From Pyrinomonadaceae bacterium (GTDB lineage Bacteria > Acidobacteriota > Blastocatellia > Pyrinomonadales > Pyrinomonadaceae), in assembly GCA_035279345.1 (NCBI GenBank), contig DATEHX010000260.1, positions 5,606-69,605 of the forward strand: 64,000 nt of DNA, read 5' to 3'. The position numbers and the translations under genes were made by a program. Below are positions 53,284 through 62,226 of this stretch, piece by piece (position 1 is the stretch's first letter; every line of letters begins with the position of its first letter). The notes beneath the pieces were generated by a model that saw only the letters and a program-made list of their open reading frames with translations, did not search any database and was not told the origin of the DNA.

Positions 53284-56200
53284 ATGACAGACGTAATCCA
53301 GTCTCATAAATCGTGCGGTTCGGGACGGAGCCTGCGCTGTGCAGCCGCGGAAACCCTGGTTTGGCTCGTGTTGTTGAGCGTCGGGGTGAATTCCGCGGAG
53401 TCACTTCAGGAAAACAGCGCCTCTCCGACACAGGAACAGGCGAGCGCTTATCCCGTAGTCGTTGGACAACCAGTCGCGCGCGAAATGCGCGGAGGCGAAG
53501 AGCACAAGTATCGAGTGACGCTAAGCGCCGGTCAGTACGCGCGTATTGCAGTAGAACAAAAAGGCATCGATGTGGTGTTGGTGTTTGCGGGAACGGATGG
53601 CAAACCACTTCTCGAAGTCGACAACAACCTCAGCGGCACACGAGGCACGGAACTAGTTTCGCTGGTGGCGGACGTCAACAGCAATGTCGTGTTCAATGTG
53701 CGCTCGTTTGAGAAAGATGCATCGGCTGGAAGATACGAGTTGCGGCTCGAAGATCTGAGAACCGCGACCGATGCCGATCGCAAATGCGTTGCCGCCGAGC
53801 GTTCGTATTTCGCCGCTGCAAAACTACAAGGTCAAAGAACAGGCGAGTCGCGGCGCAAGGCCATCGAACAGTACGGGGAAGCGTTGCTACTGATGCGGGA
53901 AGTGGGCGACCGCCGGGGTGAAGCAATGACGCTCACCAACATGGCGACGATCTACAACGTTCTTTCCGAACAACAAAAGGCGCGCGATTACCTTAACCAG
54001 GCACTCACCGTCTGGCATGCCGTTGGTGATCGTCATCTGGAAGCCCTGACGGTTTTAACCAGCGCGAAGCTTTACTACACGGTCGGTGAGCCGCGGAAAT
54101 CGCTCGACGATTGCAATGTCGCGCTTCCCGTCATGCGTGCAGTTGGGGATCAGAGCGGCGAGGCCGGAACGCTCATGCAAATGGGCTCCGATTACAGAAC
54201 CTTAGGCGAGCCGCAAAAAGCCCTCGATCATTTCGCGCAAGCGCTTCCTTTGTGGCGCGCCGTGGGTGACCGCCGGAATGAAGCGATCATCCTCAACAAC
54301 ATGGGCACGGTTTATTACCTTCTGGCTGAGCCGCAGAAAGCGTTTCATTATTTTCAACAGGCACTCCCGCTGGCGCGTGGCGAAAGCGATTGGCGCGTCG
54401 AGGCCGTGACGCTCATCAACGTGGGAAACGTTTACAACCTTCTGGAAAAGCCGGAGCAGGCGCTCGAACATCTCGACCGGGCACTCAAACTCGCGCGAGA
54501 CAATAAAGACAACAGGATAGAAGCTGCTGCGCTTACTCAAACAGGAAGTGCGTACAGCTCTTTGGACCAGCAGGCTAAGGCAGTCGAGTTTTTGGAGCGT
54601 GCACTCCAGCTTCGAATAGCCACGCTCGATCGCCAGGGTGAGGCGATAACGCTCAACCATCTCGGACGCGTCTTTGATTTGTCGAAGGAGCCGCAGAAAG
54701 CGCTCGAGAACTATGGCAAGGCTCTTCCGATCTGGCGCACCGTGGGCGATCGCAACGGCGAAGTCGCTGCGCTTTACGGGATGGGCCGCGCTGAATCGAA
54801 GCTCGGCGATCTTCTCAAGGCGAGTGAACGGACCGATGCCGCGCTCGCTATCATCAACACCTTACGCACCAAGGTCTCCAGCCGCGATCTGCGCGCCTCT
54901 TACTTCGCCTCGGTACAAGACTTATACAAACTGCACATCGATCTACTGATGCGGCTTCATCGCCGTCAGCCAACAGCCGGGTTTGATGTTGCCGCGTTGA
55001 AGACTTACGAGCAGGCACGCGCGCGGAGCCTGATGGACATGTTGGCTGAAGCAAGCGCCGACATCCGTCAGGACGTCGATCCCGGCCTGCTCGCGCGCGA
55101 ACGATCTTTACGCCAGACGCTCAACGCCGAAGCGGAGCGGCAGATGCGCATCTTCGGCGGCAAGCACTCGGACGAATCAGCGAACGCGGTGCGGCGCAAG
55201 ATAGAAGATTTGTTGACGCAGTTGCTCTCGATCGAGGCTGAGTTGAAAGCGCGTAGCCCGCGGTACGCAGCCTTGACACAGCCCTCGCCGCTTGGCCTCG
55301 CGGAGATCCAAACCGCGGTTACGGATAGTGAAACGTTGCTGCTCGAATACTCACTTGGCGAAGAGCGTAGTTATCTGTGGACAGTGACAGCGAATTCTTT
55401 TTCAAGTTACGAATTGCCGCCGCGCGTGGTGATCGAGGCGGCGGCCCTTCGCTGCTATGAACTGTTAACGGCGCGGAACCGGTACGTGAAGTTTGAGACA
55501 GCGGATGAGAAGCGCCAGCGCGTTCGGCAAGCGGATGCCGAATATCCGAAAGCAGCCGCGGCTTTGAGTCAGATGTTGCTTGGACCAGTCGCCGCACAGT
55601 TGGGACGGAAGCGTTTGCTGATTGTTCCTGATGGCGCGTTAGAGTATTTGCCGTTTGCCGCGCTTGCGGCGCCGAGTCAGGCGCAATTCGTGCCGCTAAT
55701 GGTCGAGCATGAAGTTACGAGCATTCCGTCTGCATCAACGCTCGCAGTACTCAGGCAGGAGTTTCACGAACGCGCGCCGGCTGAGAAGGTCGTAGCTGTT
55801 TTCGCGGATCCTGTGTTCGACAAGTCTGATGAAAGGCTAACTGGAAACTCGAGCCGCAACACGGGCGCGCACCGCAGAGCGCACGCGACGGTGATGGACG
55901 CTTTGGAGATGCAGGAGCCGGCAACGTCTTCCGAGACCCAGGCTTTACCGCGGCTTCCTTATACGCGACAAGAGGCGGAAGCAATCCTGGCTCTTGCTCC
56001 TGCAACGGGCCGAATGGCTGCGCTCGGTTTTGAAGCTAATCGTGCAACGGCGATGAGCGACGGTTTGAGTAAGTACCGGATCATTCACTTTGCTACGCAC
56101 AGCTTTCTCGACAGTATGCACCCCGAGCTTTCCGGCATTGCGCTTTCGATGTTAGACAGCGAGGGAAAACCGCAGAACGGCTACTTGCGCGCGCACGAGA

Positions 56201-56526
56201 TCTTCAACTTGAGGCTAGGGGCAGAGTTGGTTGTGTTGAGCGGTTGCCGCACGGGCCTTGGAAAGGAAGTGAAGGGCGAAGGTCTCTACGGAATGACGCG
56301 TGGTTTCATGTACGCCGGATCGAAGCGTGTGCTGGTTAGTTTGTGGGATGTTCAGGACCAGGCCACTGCACGGTTGATGACGGGTTTTTATCGCGGGCTG
56401 CTGGGACCGAAAAGACCCGCTACCGCGGCGGCGCTCAGAGCGGCGCAGATCGCGATCTGGCGTGAAGGACGCTGGCAAGCGCCGTATTACTGGGCCGGCT
56501 TCGTGCTGCAGGGCGAGCCTAAGTAG
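53284..56526 (+). CDS. Exported CHAT-domain protein 2 (PPC-like domain, TPR array, CHAT), paralog of 16646..20182
   Basis: The anchor is ETLVWLVLLSVGVNSA and the PPC-like segment ends AGRYELRLEDL. Numerous TPR repeats are present (GEA.TL.N.G.VY..L.EPQKAL..). The CHAT dyad is HFATHS (His 56098..56100) and VVLSGCRTG (Cys 56245..56247), and the C-terminus is YYWAGFVLQGE. The start is uncertain: ATG 53284 is preferred over TTG 53146. Confidence 0.85.
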   Translation: MTDVIQSHKSCGSGRSLRCAAAETLVWLVLLSVGVNSAESLQENSASPTQEQASAYPVVVGQPVAREMRGGEEHKYRVTLSAGQYARIAVEQKGIDVVLVFAGTDGKPLLEVDNNLSGTRGTELVSLVADVNSNVVFNVRSFEKDASAGRYELRLEDLRTATDADRKCVAAERSYFAAAKLQGQRTGESRRKAIEQYGEALLLMREVGDRRGEAMTLTNMATIYNVLSEQQKARDYLNQALTVWHAVGDRHLEALTVLTSAKLYYTVGEPRKSLDDCNVALPVMRAVGDQSGEAGTLMQMGSDYRTLGEPQKALDHFAQALPLWRAVGDRRNEAIILNNMGTVYYLLAEPQKAFHYFQQALPLARGESDWRVEAVTLINVGNVYNLLEKPEQALEHLDRALKLARDNKDNRIEAAALTQTGSAYSSLDQQAKAVEFLERALQLRIATLDRQGEAITLNHLGRVFDLSKEPQKALENYGKALPIWRTVGDRNGEVAALYGMGRAESKLGDLLKASERTDAALAIINTLRTKVSSRDLRASYFASVQDLYKLHIDLLMRLHRRQPTAGFDVAALKTYEQARARSLMDMLAEASADIRQDVDPGLLARERSLRQTLNAEAERQMRIFGGKHSDESANAVRRKIEDLLTQLLSIEAELKARSPRYAALTQPSPLGLAEIQTAVTDSETLLLEYSLGEERSYLWTVTANSFSSYELPPRVVIEAAALRCYELLTARNRYVKFETADEKRQRVRQADAEYPKAAAALSQMLLGPVAAQLGRKRLLIVPDGALEYLPFAALAAPSQAQFVPLMVEHEVTSIPSASTLAVLRQEFHERAPAEKVVAVFADPVFDKSDERLTGNSSRNTGAHRRAHATVMDALEMQEPATSSETQALPRLPYTRQEAEAILALAPATGRMAALGFEANRATAMSDGLSKYRIIHFATHSFLDSMHPELSGIALSMLDSEGKPQNGYLRAHEIFNLRLGAELVVLSGCRTGLGKEVKGEGLYGMTRGFMYAGSKRVLVSLWDVQDQATARLMTGFYRGLLGPKRPATAAALRAAQIAIWREGRWQAPYYWAGFVLQGEPK

Positions 56527-56541
56527 CGGCTTTTCCAAGAA

Positions 56542-56950
56542 TACCACCAACACAGTTGGTGGTATCTTCAGACTTTGCCTACTAAAGTAGACTAAATCGC
56601 AACAATCCCACCGACGCAGTCGTTGGTGCTTTCATATCCCACCTACAACAGCAAACGATCGCGCAATAATCCCACCGACGCAGTCGGTGGTGTTTTTCAT
56701 ATCCCACCTACAACAGCAAACAATCGCGCAATAATCCCACCAACGCAGTTGGTGGTGTTTTTCATATCCCACCTAGAACAGCAAACTATCGCGCAATAAT
56801 CCCACCAACGCAGTTGGTGGATCGTTCACTCACTGCCTGCAAATGAACGATCCACCGACTGCGTCGGTGGGATTGAATCTCTAACGTATAGTGTTGTAGG
56901 TGAGATATGAAAGCACCACCGACTGCGTCGGTGGGATTTCGACCGCTGGG
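56542..56950. repeat. REP/BIME-like array: about 4 direct copies of a roughly 65-bp hairpin-containing unit followed by 2 inverted copies
   Basis: The unit is AATCCCACC(G/A)ACGCAGT(C/T)GGTGGTGTTTTTCATATCCCACCTACAACAGCAAAC.ATCGCGCAAT. Direct copies start at about 56604, 56668, 56733 and 56798. A central perfect 13-bp hairpin pairs GGTGGATCGTTCA (56816..56828) with TGAACGATCCACC (56844..56856). Inverted copies lie at 56852..56874 and 56893..56938. A related hairpin at 56542..56564 lies just after the CHAT2 stop. Confidence 0.85.
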
Positions 56951-56968
56951 CAAAGCAGTTCACGGATG

Positions 56969-59101
56969 TTAGTGTCCGCCGCGAGCTTGCCTGATTTCGG
57001 ATACCAAATCCTTGATTATTTGAGATACAACTGTTGTGGTCTCGCCGGAATAACGGCGTGTTCCTCCCGTCTTGGGCCAAAGCACTGTTCCGCGCGCGTT
57101 AACTAGTCTCGCCGAGGTGCCAGTTTGAGAAACTACGATTTTAAGAGAGGCATCTGCTTCGTCAGCGTTGGTAGTTGCGGCAATTACGCCGCTCGATCCC
57201 AGGCTCTCAACGAGGTTGGCGCGTAAGTCATTCAATGACGCGTCGCCGCGCACGTCGATATAAATCTTCTTTACTTCCTTGAGCGACAGATTGGCGACGA
57301 CATTGCTGCTGCGCGTCACATCGTCCGCAACTTCTTCGTCGCCGGACGGTGCTGGAGTTTCTACAGAGCGTGTGGCCGTAGCGGGTGGCTTTGTTCTGTC
57401 AGTCGTAACGCGTCGTGGCGGTGGAGATACGATCGGATTCGGTTCCGGTGTCGCCGCTTTAGCAATAACTTCACCACTCGACGGATTTGCCGGTTCGCTA
57501 ACCGGAGGCGTAACGACGTTGCTGACCTGCGCTGGTCCACTTGTTTGCCGCGACGTTAGTGTCACATAACCGGCATAGCTCGTCAGGCCAATGACCACCA
57601 GCACACTTACGGCAAGCACGTGTCGCGCCGATATCCGCGCGCCGCTCAACAAACTGCGTGGTCCCTGCTCCCGGCTAAAACGTTCCCTGAACTGTTGCCA
57701 CCACAAACGCACCGCTCTCAGCGGGCTCGTTTCCCGATAGCCGAACTGGACCAACAGGTCAGCCTCACCATTCACTTCGATCTGCCGTCGCCGAATACTG
57801 AGCGACAAATCCTGTCCGCCTTCCAACCGGATTGAAGAGACGATTGGTGCGTCTTTCCCAAACGAAGTGAGCAGGTGCGTCGCGAGCAGGAGTTCGCCGT
57901 GCAGGTCAGTCGTCTTCACTTCGATGAGCTCTGCATCCTCTTCAGTGCTAAAGCTGATGCTCGACTGTTCGGCGGGATTCAGTCTTGCTCGTTCTATCCC
58001 ATCGACCACGATACGTACGACGGCGGATGACGCACGGCGACGGCGCCCCGACTCTTCGTCGAGCATGTGGTTGATCTCCGCGAGTTCAGCCGCGTCCAAC
58101 TCCGCCGGCGCGCTACGCTGCCGCGGTGGAGATTGATCGTTCGTGTCCTCTGAGAAAAAACGCGGCAACTCCATCCGCTCTTCCGGCGGGCGGTAAGCGA
58201 AAGCCGCGATCAACTTCTCAAAGCACTCCGGGTGCAGGATCGCGTGGATGCGGCTTACTTCGACTTCGTTTTCGTCGCCGCTGCTCTTCGACGTCAGCGA
58301 GGTAATGACCGACTTAAACGGATCGAAGTCACTCGGCACCTGGCATTGCGTGTCCCAGGGGGTGAACAGGCGGAGGCACTCTCTCACGAGCGACCTGAGT
58401 TCGTATGAGCCTTGCTGGGTTTCAAATCTCTCTTCACCGCGCCGTTGCCGGCAGGCTCGGATCAATTGACCAAAGCGCTGGCCCATCTCCTGCATCAAGA
58501 CGGCTTTACGCGAGCGATAATAGTAGTCGTCCTTGACCCGCTCGGGCTCACCGATCACTGCGTTGTAAATTTCCATGGTTTCAAGCGTGCTGTAGCTGTG
58601 TAGGAGGCGGCTGACACCGAGCGTAACGTAGAAGGCGTTTCTCTTGGTCGTAATTCTCACGAGATGCTTAATGAAGTAAACGAGAAGGTCTTCCTCATTC
58701 GCTGGATCGCCGACAGCGGGAACGCCTGACGGCGCGACCTGGGCGGCACGCTCCTTCTGGCGCTCATAAGGTTCGGATTCGACATAGACCAGGCGCTGAA
58801 GCAAGTGAAGATCGCTGAACAAAGCTTTGTTGCGGATGCCGTCAGTGCGGCGCGACTCTCCGCGCGAAAACCTTCCAACCGGAATGTAGTACAAACGCTT
58901 GCTCTGGACCGCCATCGCGACGTTCAACTTGAGCGTTGCAGCCGCGACGATCCGGACGGCCGTATCTTTTTCCTGATGGAGAAAGTAGGCGAGTCGGTAG
59001 GCTTTGTTCAGCACGTCTTCTGTCGATACTCTGTTCACCGCACGTTCCTGCCTCGAAGCGTGTACATTTTCGGCGGAGCCCTGGTCCGAGTACCGTGTCA
59101 T
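56969..59101 (-). CDS. Hypothetical single-pass membrane protein (large cytoplasmic N-terminal region, TM, Pro-rich linker, small extracytoplasmic C-terminal domain)
   Basis: The ORF is long. The TM segment is VLAVSVLVVIGLTSYAGYVTL. The C-terminal alpha/beta domain of about 110 aa runs KIYIDVRGDASLNDLRANLVESL...VVSQIIKDLVSEI. I prefer ATG 59101 to TTG 59164 because it leaves a 106-bp divergent promoter region. Confidence 0.7.
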   Translation of the reverse strand: MTRYSDQGSAENVHASRQERAVNRVSTEDVLNKAYRLAYFLHQEKDTAVRIVAAATLKLNVAMAVQSKRLYYIPVGRFSRGESRRTDGIRNKALFSDLHLLQRLVYVESEPYERQKERAAQVAPSGVPAVGDPANEEDLLVYFIKHLVRITTKRNAFYVTLGVSRLLHSYSTLETMEIYNAVIGEPERVKDDYYYRSRKAVLMQEMGQRFGQLIRACRQRRGEERFETQQGSYELRSLVRECLRLFTPWDTQCQVPSDFDPFKSVITSLTSKSSGDENEVEVSRIHAILHPECFEKLIAAFAYRPPEERMELPRFFSEDTNDQSPPRQRSAPAELDAAELAEINHMLDEESGRRRRASSAVVRIVVDGIERARLNPAEQSSISFSTEEDAELIEVKTTDLHGELLLATHLLTSFGKDAPIVSSIRLEGGQDLSLSIRRRQIEVNGEADLLVQFGYRETSPLRAVRLWWQQFRERFSREQGPRSLLSGARISARHVLAVSVLVVIGLTSYAGYVTLTSRQTSGPAQVSNVVTPPVSEPANPSSGEVIAKAATPEPNPIVSPPPRRVTTDRTKPPATATRSVETPAPSGDEEVADDVTRSSNVVANLSLKEVKKIYIDVRGDASLNDLRANLVESLGSSGVIAATTNADEADASLKIVVSQTGTSARLVNARGTVLWPKTGGTRRYSGETTTVVSQIIKDLVSEIRQARGGH

Positions 59102-59207
59102 TTTCGGAATTTCGGTAAGCCGATCTAGTCTTATGATTCTGTGGTAGGATGGGGCACTAGCCAAATACCCGACCTCACGGTTTCAGTCCTGATTAGGAGA
59201 AATTCAC

Positions 59208-60620
59208 ATGAGGAAGACGCTCGCTCTGTTGCTTGCCGCTGGTTTCTTATACTTGGTGCCTTCTCACCCTGTGTCTGTCAAAAGCCAGTCTTTGGCCGCG
59301 ACCAGCAAGTTTCAGACGGTCGCCAATCCTATACCTAACCGCTACATCGTCGTGCTGGCGAGCACCGATCTGAGTCCGATCGCCACTCCCGCTCCGACGC
59401 CTGTACAAGCGGCTCCCAAGGGCACTCAGGCTGCAACCGCGTCAAATCAGGATTCCGCCGCCGCGGTGATCAATCCCGATTTGATTGGGCAGCAATTTGT
59501 TGCCTCACCAATTCCCGACGATCCGGTGGTGGTTGCGACAGCAACTAACCTGACCGCCACTTACGGCGGCACTTTCTCTGTCACGTGGAGCAACGCGCTC
59601 AAGGGGTTTCGCCTGAACTCTACCGAGGCGGAAGCGATCTCGATGAGTGGAGATTCGCGCGTCGCATTCATTGTGCAGGACGGCGCAATCGCGGTGGGGA
59701 CGCCGGACGGCGAGCCGATCGTCATGGTCCCCGATCCGAATATCGAGTTTCAGCACCCGCAGCCCAACGCTTCGTGGGGACTCGACCGTATCGATCAACG
59801 CTATCTGCCGCTTGATAAAGAGTATGAGTATCACAACAACGGTCTGGGCGTGAACGTCTACGTCATTGATACCGGAATTCTTCCCACCCACTGGGAATTT
59901 GGTGACCGTGCGTTTGCCATCTACGACGCGGTTAACCGCGAGGGTACCGGTAATATGATCGGTATCGACTGTAACGGGCACGGCTCGCACGTAGCCGGCA
60001 CAATCGGCGGTCGAACGTTTGGTGTGGCTAAGAGGGCCCGCCTGTTCGGCGTGCGCGTGCTCAACTGTCAAGGCACCGGCGCGTGGTCGGACGTCATCGA
60101 CGGCGTCAACTTCGTGACCTGGCACAGCAGACAGCCGGCGCAACAGGGAACGCCGGCGGTAGCAAATATGAGTCTTGGTGGCGCGAGCAACAGAGCCGTT
60201 GACGCGGCGGTCAGAAATTCAATCAGGGCACAGGTGACTTATGTAGTCGCGGCCGGGAACGGTAACAGTGACGCGCGCGAGTATTCGCCAGCCGGACTTC
60301 CCGAGGCGATAACCGTCGGCGCCACGGACAAATCTGACGGTCGAGCCGAGTTTTCAAACTACGGGCCGGCGCTGGATGTTTTTGCGCCCGGTGTCAGCAT
60401 TCCTTCGGCCTGGATTGGCAGCGATGTGATGATCGCGACGGCTTCGGGTACATCAATGGCGGCGCCGCACGTAACCGGCGTCGTAGCGCAGTATCTTCAG
60501 AACCATCGCACCGCGTCGCCCGCCGCGGTTCGTTCAGCACTCGTAGGTGTTTCGACATCCGGTGTAATCAAGAACCCCGGGGAAGCATCCCCAAACCGGT
60601 TGTTGTTTACAGAGTACTGA
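59208..60620 (+). CDS. Secreted subtilisin-like serine protease (S8A, proteinase-K-like) with an I9-like propeptide
   Basis: SD TAGGAG and a signal peptide are present, and the propeptide contains NRYIVVL. The catalytic triad motifs are VYVIDTGI (Asp), GHGSHVAGTIGG (His) and GTSMAAPHVTG (Ser). Confidence 0.9.
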   Translation: MRKTLALLLAAGFLYLVPSHPVSVKSQSLAATSKFQTVANPIPNRYIVVLASTDLSPIATPAPTPVQAAPKGTQAATASNQDSAAAVINPDLIGQQFVASPIPDDPVVVATATNLTATYGGTFSVTWSNALKGFRLNSTEAEAISMSGDSRVAFIVQDGAIAVGTPDGEPIVMVPDPNIEFQHPQPNASWGLDRIDQRYLPLDKEYEYHNNGLGVNVYVIDTGILPTHWEFGDRAFAIYDAVNREGTGNMIGIDCNGHGSHVAGTIGGRTFGVAKRARLFGVRVLNCQGTGAWSDVIDGVNFVTWHSRQPAQQGTPAVANMSLGGASNRAVDAAVRNSIRAQVTYVVAAGNGNSDAREYSPAGLPEAITVGATDKSDGRAEFSNYGPALDVFAPGVSIPSAWIGSDVMIATASGTSMAAPHVTGVVAQYLQNHRTASPAAVRSALVGVSTSGVIKNPGEASPNRLLFTEY

Positions 60621-60915
60621 GCCACAAGAAAGCACAAAAAGCACATAGGATTTTGTGGCGATGTTTTCTTGTGCCTTTTTGCGGCTACGTTTTCGCAAAG
60701 TTCATTGCTTGCTTTCCGAAACTGTGATATACCGCGACCTACGTAACTCTCACTCTTGTGGGCTCCTCAGGCGATTAGTCACTTGTTGAATCCCAGAGTC
60801 AGGGACTGCGACCGGGCGGTGTTAACCTCGGAGTGGTCCACTCCGAAGTCTTCACCAAATCATTAAACCTCGAAGGCGAAGCGCGCCTGTCCAACGCTTT
60901 GCAGGAGAGACGTTA

Positions 60916-61941
60916 ATGGTGAAGCGGATTTTGATTCTCAATTCCTACACGCTTACCTCCAAGCGTGCCGAGGATCAGGTGAGGATCCGTTCGTTTTTCG
61001 AAGGACTCCACTCTTCCGGTTATCAACCAGACAAAAACGTAAACGTTCAAATCGTTGATTCCAATAGCATTGCGGAACTCGAGACTGAAACCCGCAGCGC
61101 CGCTCGAGCCGGGCTCGATGTGATTCATGCCGTTGGCACTCCCAACGCGATCGTGGCCGCGGAGTGCGGTGACGGAGTGCCTGTTGTTTACTACGGCGCG
61201 CATCCCGAAGGTGCGGGCGAGGCGAAATGCCGCGATGCCGGCGTTTCCGGAATGGTACTGACCCTTCCGTTCACCCAGAACTACAAACACTTCCGCTTCA
61301 TTCGCAAAGTCTTCCCGAAGTTGAAACGGGTCTGGGTTCCGTTTTACGAAAGCACCGTGTTCTGCCGGCAGGAGATGAAACAACTCCACCGCGATCGCCG
61401 GCGCAGTGAGAAATCACCGTGGATTGCCGGATCTGAACCGTCGATCGGTTATCGCAGTCTCGCGAATCTCTGCTACATCATCGGTCTTGACTACCGTGAG
61501 TTTGTCTATCGCGACAGCGAAGATCTTCTGTGGGGATTGGATCAGATCGATAACGTCGCCGGTGAAGACGTGTTGATGCCCTACAACGATAGTGTCTATT
61601 GCGAAGACGCACCCGTCACCCTCGGAAACTTCTCGATCGATCGCAACTTCCCGCTCTTTTGGAACAACAACACTGAAGCCACGCAAATCGGCGCGGTCGC
61701 CGCTATTTCCGGCTGCTTTCGTGAAGCAGGGATCGAAACGGGGAAGATGGCCGCAGCTATTCTGAACGGCACCAATCCCCGCAGCATCGGCCTGCTCCGA
61801 TCGAGCAAAACCTACAGCAGCCTGAATATGGTCCGGGCACATGCTCTCGGACTGGAACCAGCAGCCGGCGTCGTGGCCCAGTTTGACGAAGTAATCACAA
61901 CCGAGATGTTCAATGCCGCAAGCCCCGGAGGAAGCATGTAA
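60916..61941 (+). CDS. ABC_sub_bind-like (COG2984-type) periplasmic-binding-fold protein lacking a signal peptide
   Basis: RILILNSYT...FFEGLHSSGYQPDKNVNVQIVDSN...GLDVIHAVGTPNAIVAAE...VPVVYYG...GVSGMV...FPKLKRVWVPF...GKMAAAILNGTNPRSI parallels the ABC_sub_bind family layout. The N-terminus is not hydrophobic. Confidence 0.5.
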   Translation: MVKRILILNSYTLTSKRAEDQVRIRSFFEGLHSSGYQPDKNVNVQIVDSNSIAELETETRSAARAGLDVIHAVGTPNAIVAAECGDGVPVVYYGAHPEGAGEAKCRDAGVSGMVLTLPFTQNYKHFRFIRKVFPKLKRVWVPFYESTVFCRQEMKQLHRDRRRSEKSPWIAGSEPSIGYRSLANLCYIIGLDYREFVYRDSEDLLWGLDQIDNVAGEDVLMPYNDSVYCEDAPVTLGNFSIDRNFPLFWNNNTEATQIGAVAAISGCFREAGIETGKMAAAILNGTNPRSIGLLRSSKTYSSLNMVRAHALGLEPAAGVVAQFDEVITTEMFNAASPGGSM

Positions 61942-62183
61942 TGGAAACCGCAAATGTAGAAGAGATCGTAAACGCACGCTTCGCAGAGATCATGAACCTC
62001 AATCCGGAAGAACTTAACCTGGATGCGGATCTGTTCGCGGAGTACGGCCTCACGTCAGTCAACGCGCTGAAGTTGATTTCACAAGTCGAAGTCGAGTTTG
62101 ACATCGACATCGACGAAGACGAGGCGCGCAATATTCACAAACTAAACGACGTGATCGATTTAATAAAGAACAAGTCAACCTAA
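61941..62183 (+). CDS. Acyl carrier protein (PP-binding)
   Basis: The 80-aa acidic protein contains FAEYGLTSVNALKLISQVEVEF, with the candidate phosphopantetheine Ser at 62055..62057. The ATG overlaps the upstream TAA (TAATG). Confidence 0.7.
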   Translation: METANVEEIVNARFAEIMNLNPEELNLDADLFAEYGLTSVNALKLISQVEVEFDIDIDEDEARNIHKLNDVIDLIKNKST

Positions 62184-62226
62184 CCATCGCCGGCTATGCA
62201 GGCGGATCGGGATCGGAGGTACTCAC

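Noticed and set aside
56542-56950. Possible CRISPR array, given regularly spaced palindromic repeats
   Set aside because: The sequence between the hairpins is itself repeated almost identically from unit to unit, so there are no unique spacers. Part of the array is inverted, the period is about 65 bp with a repeated spacer, and no cas genes are in the window.
60640-60915. Cobalamin riboswitch upstream of the B12-radical-SAM cluster
   Set aside because: I looked for a B12-box-like consensus and the usual multi-stem organisation. I found only a small palindrome (CGGAGTGG-T-CCACTCCG at 60829..60845) and a hairpin-rich segment with a T-tract right after the S8 gene. That is not enough for a riboswitch call without a covariance-model search.
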